Source of the DNA: Flavobacteriales bacterium
Lineage (GTDB): Bacteria; Bacteroidota; Bacteroidia; Flavobacteriales_D; Crocinitomicaceae
Direction of reading: 5' to 3'
DNA length: 17,189 bases
Assembly: GCA_947380375.1 (NCBI GenBank)
Contig: CANCQX010000068.1
Span: 1 to 17,189 of the forward strand
The notes beneath the pieces are model-generated. The model was not told the DNA's origin. It ran no database searches and saw nothing but the letters and a program-made list of their open reading frames with translations. Each line of letters starts with the position of its first letter. The stretch's first letter is position 1. The position numbers were made by a program, and so were the translations under genes. This document shows positions 1 through 6,863 of this stretch, in pieces.

Positions 1-255
1 AAAAAAGCGGATAAATTATTGAAACTTTTAGTAGATACAGGAATCGATAAACGAATCATTGTTTCAGGAATCGCAGAACATTATTCACCAGAAGAAATAG
101 TTGGAAAAACAGTAAGTGTCTTGTTAAATTTGGCTCCAAGAATGATTAAAGGAATCGAATCACAAGGGATGATTTTAATGGCTGAAAACGAAGAAGGAAA
201 ATTGAGTTTTATGTCCCCTGAAAAAGAATTTTCAGCGGGTGGATCTATTCGATAA
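1..255 (+). CDS. metG: Methionyl-tRNA synthetase, C-terminal tRNA-binding (EMAP/Trbp111-like) domain. The CDS is 5'-partial: frame 1 is open from base 1, and the ORF track starts at an internal TTG.
   Basis: Translation ...KKADKLLKLLVDTGIDKRIIVSGIAEHYSPEEIVGKTVSVLLNLAPRMIKGIESQGMILMAENEEGKLSFMSPE... matches the conserved C-terminal dimerisation/tRNA-binding appendix of bacterial MetRS (KLL.L.VD.G...R.IVSGI...NL.PRK..GI.S.GM.L motif). There is no stop between base 1 and 255. Confidence 0.85.
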   Translation, partial: KKADKLLKLLVDTGIDKRIIVSGIAEHYSPEEIVGKTVSVLLNLAPRMIKGIESQGMILMAENEEGKLSFMSPEKEFSAGGSIR

Positions 256-275
256 TTTTTTAAATTTTAAATGTT

Positions 276-286
276 CCCATTATGGG
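276..286. promoter_or_regulatory. 11-bp palindrome CCCATTATGGG between the metG stop and the higB promoter. It is a candidate HigA operator or a weak metG terminator stem.
   Basis: Perfect CCCAT-T-ATGGG seen directly in the sequence, about 20 bp upstream of the TATCTTTG box at 307-314. Confidence 0.3.
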
Positions 287-306
287 TTCATTTAAAAAAA
301 TAGTTG

Positions 307-314
307 TATCTTTG
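307..314 (+). promoter_or_regulatory. Bacteroidetes sigma-A -7 box (TAnnTTTG) for higBA.
   Basis: TATCTTTG lies 10 nt upstream of the higB ATG. The identical octamer recurs upstream of pgk. Confidence 0.45.
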
Positions 315-323
315 TAATATCTA

Positions 324-626
324 ATGAAAAAGATTGTTGCGTTACGTACTTTGAAAGAACATTGGGAAATTCCGGGAAGAGGAGATTCTGAACAACAGTT
401 AAAAGCTTGGTATCAAGAAGCTAAAATAGCTGAATGGAAAAATTCAAATGATTTAAAAGCACATTATAAAAATGCAAGTATTGTTGGTAACAATAGAATT
501 GTCTTTAATATTTGTGGTAATAAATACCGATTAGTAGTAAAGATAAATTACATTACAGAATGGGTATATATTCGTTTTGTAGGTACTCACAAAGAGTATG
601 ATAAAATTAATGTGGCAACGATATAA
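324..626 (+). CDS. higB: Type II toxin-antitoxin system toxin, HigB family (RelE/ParE superfamily mRNA interferase).
   Basis: The 100-aa protein has the characteristic HigB_toxin motifs: W(K/Y)...A.WKN..DLK, GNNR(I/V)VFNI.GN.YRL(V/I).KINY, and (V/I)(Y/F)IRF(V/I)GTH.EYDKI. It lies directly upstream of an HTH antitoxin gene. Confidence 0.85.
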   Translation: MKKIVALRTLKEHWEIPGRGDSEQQLKAWYQEAKIAEWKNSNDLKAHYKNASIVGNNRIVFNICGNKYRLVVKINYITEWVYIRFVGTHKEYDKINVATI

Positions 627-636
627 ATTAAAAATT

Positions 637-987
637 ATGGAAGCAAAATTAATTAAAACAGAAGAAGAATATAATATAGCATTAAGCCGAATTGATGAAT
701 TGTTTGATGTTACCCCTGATAGTAAAGAATTTAATGAGGCAGAACTTCTGATTGCACTTGTTGAACTATACGAACAAAAGCACTATAAAATTGAAGCTCC
801 AGATCCTATTGAAGCAATTAAATTTAGAATGGAACAAATGGGAATGAAGAAAATCGAAATGACCAAATTTTTTGGTACCCGAGGTCGAGTTTCTGAAATT
901 TTGAATAGACAAAGAGCATTAACTTTAGCAATGATAAAAAAACTTCATAAGGAATTTGGTATTCCAGCTGAATCATTAATCGCATAA
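637..987 (+). CDS. higA: HigA-family antitoxin / XRE-type HTH transcriptional regulator. The start is taken at the internal ATG at 637, 10 nt after the higB stop. The ORF track's 598 start would overlap higB.
   Basis: MEAKLIKTEEEYNIALSRIDELF... followed by a C-terminal HTH (MTKFFGTRGRVSEILNRQRALTLAMIKKLHKEFGIP) is typical of HigA antitoxins. The order is toxin first, then antitoxin. Confidence 0.8.
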   Translation: MEAKLIKTEEEYNIALSRIDELFDVTPDSKEFNEAELLIALVELYEQKHYKIEAPDPIEAIKFRMEQMGMKKIEMTKFFGTRGRVSEILNRQRALTLAMIKKLHKEFGIPAESLIA

Positions 988-1046
988 ATAATATTGTAAG
1001 AATTAATTCAAATCCTTAAGCAATTAAAGGATGTTAATTTAAATTT

Positions 1047-1385
1047 ATGAACGACGAATCATTAATATCTTATTTCTCAAATGAAGATTTCGTTTTAAAG
1101 ACACAACACCAAATACATAAAGATTTCGCAAAATTTAATTTAGAATTTCCAGAAAGCTTTGTTTTTGAGGTTTGGACAAAAGAACAGATAGAAGAAGCAA
1201 TTCAAGAAAGATTGAAAGAAATTATCAAGTTTGGAGAAACGCGATTACTTCAATTATTATATACTATTGATATACCTGAAAACCAATTTTTGAATTTAGT
1301 TACCGCACCTGATTTTTTAGTTTCCATCTCCCAAGCAATTCTAAAAAGAGAAGCAATGAAAGTTTATTTTAGAAGTAAATTCTGA
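1047..1385 (+). CDS. Hypothetical protein, 112 aa, no recognised domain.
   Basis: Clean ORF on the same strand, directly after higBA. Composition is protein-like, but I recognise no family by eye. Confidence 0.5.
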   Translation: MNDESLISYFSNEDFVLKTQHQIHKDFAKFNLEFPESFVFEVWTKEQIEEAIQERLKEIIKFGETRLLQLLYTIDIPENQFLNLVTAPDFLVSISQAILKREAMKVYFRSKF

Positions 1386-1475
1386 TATATTTCGCTTTTT
1401 TTTTAAGTGGATTTCTTAAACCGTGTTAAAAAAATAAAAGCTACTTTAGTAAAAAAGAATCTTAAATTTTTTAAA

Positions 1476-2636
1476 ATGTTAAATTTCGAATTTCAAAACT
1501 CAACAAAAATAATTTTTGGTAAAGATACAATTGGTAAACTTTCAACTGAAATCCCAACTAATTCTAAAGTTTTAATGCTTTACGGAGGAGGAAGTGTCAA
1601 GAAAAACGGAATATATGAACAAGTAAAAAAAGGACTTTCTAATTTTGAAGTTATAGAATTTGGGGGTATTCCAGCGAATCCTGAATACGAAGTTTTATTG
1701 AAAGCGTTGGAAATTATTAAAACTGAAAATATAACTTATTTATTAGCTGTTGGAGGTGGTTCTGTAATAGACGGTACAAAATTTTTAGCTTCAGCAGCAC
1801 TTTATGAAGGAGATTCTCCTTGGGATATCCTTTCAAAATTTATTCGTACAGAAAAAGGAATGCCATTTGGAACAGTTTTAACAATGCCAGCAACCGGTTC
1901 AGAAATGAATTCAGGAGCAGTTATTACTAGAGCTGAAACACAAGAGAAATTTGGAATGGGTGGACCAGGATTATTTCCTCAGTTTTCTATTTTAGACCCA
2001 CAAGTAATTCAATCCATTCCAAAAAACCAAATTTCAAATGGCATTACGGATGCTTTTACACATGTTTTAGAGCAATATATGACTTATCCTATAAATGCTT
2101 TTTTACAGGATCGTTTTGCTGAAAGTATTATGCAAACATTGATAGAAGTGGCACCGATGGTTTTAGAAAATCCTTTTTATTACGAAGCTGCAGCAAATTA
2201 TATGTGGAGTTGTACAATGGCTTTAAATGGTTTGATTCAAAAAGGAGTTCCAACTGATTGGGCTGTACATTCAATAGGTCACGAATTAACAGCTAAATTT
2301 GGAATTGATCATGCGCGAACATTAGCGATAATTGCTCCAAGTCATTACCGTTATAATTTCGAAACGAAAAAGAAAAAATTAGCACAATTTGCCGAACGCG
2401 TTTTTGGAGTTCATACAGGAACTTTGGAAGAAAAAGCAACAGCTGGAATTGATAAAATAGAAGCTTTTTTCCATTCAGTAAATATTCCTACTAAACTTTC
2501 TGAATATACTTCCGAATTTGAAGGAACAGCAGAAAGAATAGAGGCACGTTTTATTGAAAGAAATTGGCTCGGTTTGGGTGAACATAAATCGTTAACTCCT
2601 GCCGATGTAAAGAAGATTGTTGAGATGAGTTATTAA
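1476..2636 (+). CDS. Iron-containing (group III) alcohol dehydrogenase, YqhD/BdhA-like NADPH-dependent aldehyde reductase. The start is taken at MLNFEF.
   Basis: Length is about 386 aa. It has the GGGS(V)IDG(T)K NAD(P)-binding/Fe-ADH signature and downstream His/Asp metal-ligand regions (HVLEQY, HSIGHELTA..HA). The ORF-track start at 1407 is an in-frame upstream extension. Confidence 0.85.
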   Translation: MLNFEFQNSTKIIFGKDTIGKLSTEIPTNSKVLMLYGGGSVKKNGIYEQVKKGLSNFEVIEFGGIPANPEYEVLLKALEIIKTENITYLLAVGGGSVIDGTKFLASAALYEGDSPWDILSKFIRTEKGMPFGTVLTMPATGSEMNSGAVITRAETQEKFGMGGPGLFPQFSILDPQVIQSIPKNQISNGITDAFTHVLEQYMTYPINAFLQDRFAESIMQTLIEVAPMVLENPFYYEAAANYMWSCTMALNGLIQKGVPTDWAVHSIGHELTAKFGIDHARTLAIIAPSHYRYNFETKKKKLAQFAERVFGVHTGTLEEKATAGIDKIEAFFHSVNIPTKLSEYTSEFEGTAERIEARFIERNWLGLGEHKSLTPADVKKIVEMSY

Positions 2637-2669
2637 GGGTTTTCTTTTTTAAAATTTAACAAAACATGT

Positions 2670-3413
2670 ATGAAAAAACCGATTACATTTATTTTAATTT
2701 TAATCTCCACATTAATCTTAATCTTTATTTCAAATCTAGCGTTCAGTCAATCTTTTGAAGGTACATTAGTTTATACGACAGATTTAGAAATATCTCCTAA
2801 ACTAGAAAAAATGGGGATGACTAAACAAAGTTTAATTGAAAAAATGAGGGATGATGGAAGTTGGCTAGATACACTTTCAATTTCATACAAATTAGGTAAT
2901 TATTATTACAAATCTAGTAATAAGTTGAATTCATGGCTTTTATATAACTCCGAAGCAAATAAGATTTATTCTGTACAAGATGGAGTGAAAAATGAAATTT
3001 GTTCAGTTATAGATGCTTCAATAGATACAGAATTTGCATACACTAATAAAATGCCATCTGTTACAAAACTTGATACTTCAGTAACTATAAATAACATTGA
3101 ATGTAATATTGTTCGAGTGAAATGGAAGTCAGGAACGTATGATTATTATTATAACTCAACTATGCTAATTGTATATCCTGACTTTTATACTAATCACATT
3201 TATGATGGTTGGTATGAGTTTTTAAAAATATCAAAATCTTTACCGATCAAAATTGTTAAAATAGCGAATGGTATGATGACTATTACGCAAACTTTAATTA
3301 CTACAAAAAAGGATTTAATAGATGATAAATTATTTGTAGTTCCAAATTTAGTATCAGATAAAGATTTAAATAGTATTAAATCTCCAAATAGAGAAATAAT
3401 GTGGTTGAAATAA
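2670..3413 (+). CDS. Secreted hypothetical protein with an N-terminal signal peptide.
   Basis: N-terminus MKKPITFILILISTLILIFISNLAFSQ looks like a signal peptide with an AFS|Q cleavage site. The protein is Tyr/Asn/Lys-rich and the gene is very AT-rich. No family is recognised with confidence. There is a faint resemblance to Bacteroidetes DUF4412-type secreted proteins, which I cannot verify. Confidence 0.6.
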   Translation: MKKPITFILILISTLILIFISNLAFSQSFEGTLVYTTDLEISPKLEKMGMTKQSLIEKMRDDGSWLDTLSISYKLGNYYYKSSNKLNSWLLYNSEANKIYSVQDGVKNEICSVIDASIDTEFAYTNKMPSVTKLDTSVTINNIECNIVRVKWKSGTYDYYYNSTMLIVYPDFYTNHIYDGWYEFLKISKSLPIKIVKIANGMMTITQTLITTKKDLIDDKLFVVPNLVSDKDLNSIKSPNREIMWLK

Positions 3414-3448
3414 TTTTCAATATGATAGTTAAGTTTAATCAATAAAAA

Positions 3449-4159
3449 ATGAATTTACGTATTAAATTTTTAATTTTATTTTTCTTTTTTTTCGTTATAA
3501 TTAATAGTTATGGCCAAGAAAATATTCCTTATTATACTTTAAAAGTTGATATTATTAATTATAATCTAAATCGATTAAGTATTAAAGAAATCCAACAAAT
3601 AAAAACGTATAAAGAGACCGTTCAATCAATTAATAAAAGAGATTCAATTGTTACTTATTCAACATTAGAATATGTTATCAAATACGATTCTTTAAATCAT
3701 ACTAAAATTGTATTTTTCGATATGGAAAAAGATTATGCTTATAATGCCAATCGAAAAGGAATTATATTATATGATTCAAATAAGTTAAGTAAGCTAAATC
3801 CTCTAAATCCTGAAGAAAATTTATATCCTTTTATTTCAGATAAAGACACGATTTATTATAATTACTATGAAAATGTTTATCAATACGAGGACAATCAACT
3901 TAAATTAATAGAATCGAAAATACCAAATAGATATTTTTATGAAGCATCTATGTTAAAAAAAAGTAAACCAAAAGATCTTTCGGATAAAAATTATTTTGAA
4001 AATAAGGCTTTAAATTTCCAAGGATGGACAACTACTAAATATTATTATAAAAGGTATTTTTTAAATAAAAAAATAGTAAAGTTAGTATCAAAAGTCGTCG
4101 AAAAATTTGATAACGAAAATAATACTACAATCGTTTATAAGTTGAAATATAAAAAATAA
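3449..4159 (+). CDS. Secreted hypothetical protein with an N-terminal signal peptide.
   Basis: N-terminus MNLRIKFLILFFFFFVIINSYGQ looks like a signal peptide with an SYG|Q cleavage site. The mature part is Tyr/Asn/Lys-rich (YYNYYENVYQYED). The gene is adjacent to, and on the same strand as, the previous secreted ORF. Confidence 0.6.
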   Translation: MNLRIKFLILFFFFFVIINSYGQENIPYYTLKVDIINYNLNRLSIKEIQQIKTYKETVQSINKRDSIVTYSTLEYVIKYDSLNHTKIVFFDMEKDYAYNANRKGIILYDSNKLSKLNPLNPEENLYPFISDKDTIYYNYYENVYQYEDNQLKLIESKIPNRYFYEASMLKKSKPKDLSDKNYFENKALNFQGWTTTKYYYKRYFLNKKIVKLVSKVVEKFDNENNTTIVYKLKYKK

Positions 4160-4165
4160 GAAGTA

Positions 4166-5683
4166 TTAATTCTCTTCCAAATACGAAAGCCAACTTATTG
4201 CTTGTTCGTTGTTTAAAACACGAGGAAATTTATTTTGAGAACCTGATTTACCAATTTTTTCTAAGTAATTATAAAATTTAGAAACATCTATAAATTCAAT
4301 ATTTGGTGGATTTAAATTATGAAGTCTACATGTTTTGTAATCATCATTTAATTCCCCAATTTCTTTGTCTAATTCTTTCATTATTAATTTTTTGTCAATT
4401 TTTTTATCCAAACTAATAAACCAAGAATGACTTTGTTTTTCTGTATTAGCAAATAAACAAAATTCCAGAATTTCGACATCAAATTTTTTGGATACATTAT
4501 TAATTGCTTGATTGATATTGTCCAATGATAAATGTTCACCAACCAAACTTAAAAATTGTTTTATTCTACCAGTAATTTTAATTTCATATTTCTCAACATC
4601 CACAAATTGCACCAAATCTCCAATCATGTATCGCCACAAACCAGCATTTGTAGTAATTACTAAAGCATAATCTACGCCCTTAGTTACTTGACTTAAATTA
4701 AAGGCAACGTATTTATCTTTAAGTTCACCCGCTTCGTTAAAAAATTCACTTGTAAAAGGTATAAATTCATAAAATATCCCATTTTCTAAAAGTAATTGCA
4801 TTCCATTTTTATCAGGAGATGTTTGATATGCGAAATAACCTTCACTTGCTAAATACGTATCCAAAAGATTGATTTTTTTGCCTACTATTTTATTCAATCT
4901 TGATATATAGGGTTGCATATAAACTCCTCCATGCATATAGACCTCAAAATTTGGCCAGATGTCATGGATTGTTTTCAGATTATACTTTTCAATTATTTTT
5001 TCCATAAGCATCAAACACCAACTTGGAACCCCTGCAATAATGCCAATATTCCAAGATGGAGCTTTTTCAATCATTTTTTCCATTTTTTTATTCCAATCCG
5101 TGATTTTGGTGATATTGCTATTTGGTTTCGTAAAAGGATTAAAAATAAACGCCGTATTTTTCTTTAATATTCCACTTAAATCTCCTTCATAATGTTGCCC
5201 TATTTTTTTTAATTGTGAAGAACCTCCCACCACTAATATTTTTGCATCGTATACATTTTCAGAAAGATTCAATTTATATAAAGTAGAAGATTGATTTACA
5301 CTCGTTTTTTGAAAAGAGCGAATCATTTGTTTTGTTACAGGTATTCTTTTGCTTGGCGAACCAGTTGTTCCTGATGATAAGGCATAATAACTTATTTTTC
5401 CTGGCCAAGTATGGTTCTTTTCACCTTCTATTGATTTTTTTAACCAATTTTCATAGAATTCTTCATAATTAGTGATGGGAATGTTTTTTTGGTAAGTTTT
5501 CACTAATTTTTGATTGATCATCAATTCTTTGAAGTCGTATTTTTTACCAAAATTTGTTTCTTTTGCTTTATCAATTAATTTAAAAAGAGATCTTAGTTGA
5601 CTTGTATATTTTCTTCCTTTTTTAAAATTTCTTTTGTAACTTAATTCTGTTGATTTCTTTATTAATTTTCCTATTATTGGCAT
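4166..5683 (-). CDS. GH3 (auxin-responsive promoter) family protein, an ANL-superfamily adenylate-forming acyl-acid amido synthetase homologue.
   Basis: The 505-aa protein has the GH3 signature ALSSGTTGSPSKRIPVT (the SSGTT-G-K-IP adenylation motif I). Its length and organisation are typical of bacteroidetal GH3-family proteins. Confidence 0.8.
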   Translation of the reverse strand: MPIIGKLIKKSTELSYKRNFKKGRKYTSQLRSLFKLIDKAKETNFGKKYDFKELMINQKLVKTYQKNIPITNYEEFYENWLKKSIEGEKNHTWPGKISYYALSSGTTGSPSKRIPVTKQMIRSFQKTSVNQSSTLYKLNLSENVYDAKILVVGGSSQLKKIGQHYEGDLSGILKKNTAFIFNPFTKPNSNITKITDWNKKMEKMIEKAPSWNIGIIAGVPSWCLMLMEKIIEKYNLKTIHDIWPNFEVYMHGGVYMQPYISRLNKIVGKKINLLDTYLASEGYFAYQTSPDKNGMQLLLENGIFYEFIPFTSEFFNEAGELKDKYVAFNLSQVTKGVDYALVITTNAGLWRYMIGDLVQFVDVEKYEIKITGRIKQFLSLVGEHLSLDNINQAINNVSKKFDVEILEFCLFANTEKQSHSWFISLDKKIDKKLIMKELDKEIGELNDDYKTCRLHNLNPPNIEFIDVSKFYNYLEKIGKSGSQNKFPRVLNNEQAISWLSYLEEN

Positions 5684-5850
5684 GTTTCTTCTTTTTTAAA
5701 ATTCAGTACAAAAAATCTTTAGATTAAAAAATAATTAAAGACATGTCAAAATTGAATATATTAAGAGAAACAAATATGTTCTTAATGTTATCTTTGTTTT
5801 AAAATTAGATAAAACTAAAGATTTTTGAATATACTGATTTTGATAATGAT

Positions 5851-5858
5851 TACTTTTG
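5851..5858 (+). promoter_or_regulatory. Candidate -7 box TACTTTTG for the usp gene.
   Basis: Matches TAnnTTTG, 32 nt upstream of the ATG at 5891, with a TTG at 5825-5827. The spacing is slightly long. Confidence 0.3.
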
Positions 5859-5890
5859 TAGTATAATTTTCTAAAAAGATACTTTAACTT

Positions 5891-6715
5891 ATGGAAACTA
5901 AAACATTTATTGTTCCTCACGATTTTACGGCAGTCGCGGATAATGCCTTAAATCACGCCATTGCAACAGCAAAACCACTTGATGCTCAAATTTATGTAGT
6001 TCATGTTGTCCAAAAAGAAAAAAATATAAATGAAGCTGAGGCAAAATTGAAGGAAATTTTGGCTACCAAGGATTCATCTGTGAAATTAATTCCAAGTGTT
6101 CGAGTAGGAAATATTTTTGATGATATTGGTGATTTTGCAGCTGAACATCACGCTGAATTAATTTTTATGGGTACTCATGGAGCTACTGGATGGCAACATG
6201 TAACTGGAAGTAATGCTTTAAAAATTGTTACTAATTCTGATGTACCTTTTATTATCGTTCAAGAGAAAGGTATTAAACCAAATGGGTATGATGATATTGT
6301 AGTTCCGTTGGACTTAAATAAAGAAACAAAACAAAAATTAGCGATTGTAGCCAATTTAGCTACTTACTTTAATTCTAAAGTTCATGTAATTACTCCAAAT
6401 GAAACGGATGAATTTTTACGTAAAAAGGTTCAAGCAAATATTCTTTTTGCAAATCGTTTTTTCTCAGAAAGAGGTATACAAGTAACTACAACTTTAGCTC
6501 CAAAAAGTAATTTTGAAAAAGAGGTGTTGAAACATGCAGTAACGCTTGAAGCGGATTTAATTGCAATAATGAATTTGAATAGAAATAATCTTTTAGGCGC
6601 TATCGGAACAAACTCTGAGCAATATATTATTTCAAATGAAGCACAAATTCCTACTTTGATTATGAATCCTATTGATAGTCCTTACGGAGGTAGTGTTATG
6701 TTTGGAGGTGGGTAA
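5891..6715 (+). CDS. Universal stress protein (UspA family), tandem Usp domains.
   Basis: About 274 aa. The N-terminal METKTFIVPHDFTAVADNALNHAIATAK and the repeated ...HVV../...GTHGATG (G-x2-G-x9-G-S/T-like) pattern are typical of double-Usp proteins. Confidence 0.75.
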   Translation: METKTFIVPHDFTAVADNALNHAIATAKPLDAQIYVVHVVQKEKNINEAEAKLKEILATKDSSVKLIPSVRVGNIFDDIGDFAAEHHAELIFMGTHGATGWQHVTGSNALKIVTNSDVPFIIVQEKGIKPNGYDDIVVPLDLNKETKQKLAIVANLATYFNSKVHVITPNETDEFLRKKVQANILFANRFFSERGIQVTTTLAPKSNFEKEVLKHAVTLEADLIAIMNLNRNNLLGAIGTNSEQYIISNEAQIPTLIMNPIDSPYGGSVMFGGG

Positions 6716-6740
6716 TTCATATTCTATTAAAATAATTATA

Positions 6741-6772
6741 AACTTCGGTGATTTTTTCATCGGAGTTTTTTT
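6741..6772 (+). terminator. Rho-independent terminator after usp.
   Basis: ACTTCGGTGA-TTTTTT-TCATCGGAGT forms a 10-bp stem in RNA (two G-U wobbles) followed by a T8 run. Confidence 0.65.
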
Positions 6773-6863
6773 TGATATAAATCAGACGTCTAATAGTCTT
6801 CTGTTTAATGTGTTTATATCTAAATTGATTAACTTTACAAAGTTCAAACGAATTTAGATTTAC

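Noticed and set aside
598-636. Upstream extension of higA starting at 598, overlapping higB.
   Set aside because: The extension MIKLMWQRYKLKI overlaps the higB C-terminus in another frame. The internal ATG at 637 gives the canonical HigA N-terminus MEAKLIKTEEEY.
1407-1475. Upstream extension of the alcohol dehydrogenase (ORF-track start 1407).
   Set aside because: Fe-ADH family proteins start at the MLNFEF-type N-terminus about 15 residues before the GGGS motif region. The extra 23 residues are likely read-through of the upstream UTR.
3200-3442. 80-aa ORF antisense to the first secreted-protein gene.
   Set aside because: It lies entirely inside a better-supported CDS on the other strand. 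It is an AT-rich, low-complexity, Ile/Leu/Phe-heavy translation typical of spurious antisense ORFs.
4913-5192. Two overlapping + strand ORFs (84 and 77 aa) inside the GH3 gene.
   Set aside because: They are antisense to a confidently identified 505-aa CDS and have a hydrophobic, low-complexity composition.
5757-5821. AT-rich imperfect inverted repeats (ATTAAGA...TCTTAAT and TCTTTGTTTTA...TAAAACTAAAGA) in the GH3/usp divergent region.
   Set aside because: The stems are almost entirely A/T and imperfect. Such matches are expected by chance in ~25% GC intergenic DNA. They may be regulator sites but are not supportable from sequence alone.
5735-5920. 61-aa minus-strand ORF in the GH3/usp divergent intergenic region.
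   Set aside because: It overlaps the usp start and promoter region. It has an implausible composition and is most likely a non-coding promoter region.
6672-6857. 61-aa ORF spanning the usp 3' end, terminator and leuS promoter.
   Set aside because: It covers an obvious terminator hairpin and intergenic promoter sequence. It is not coding.
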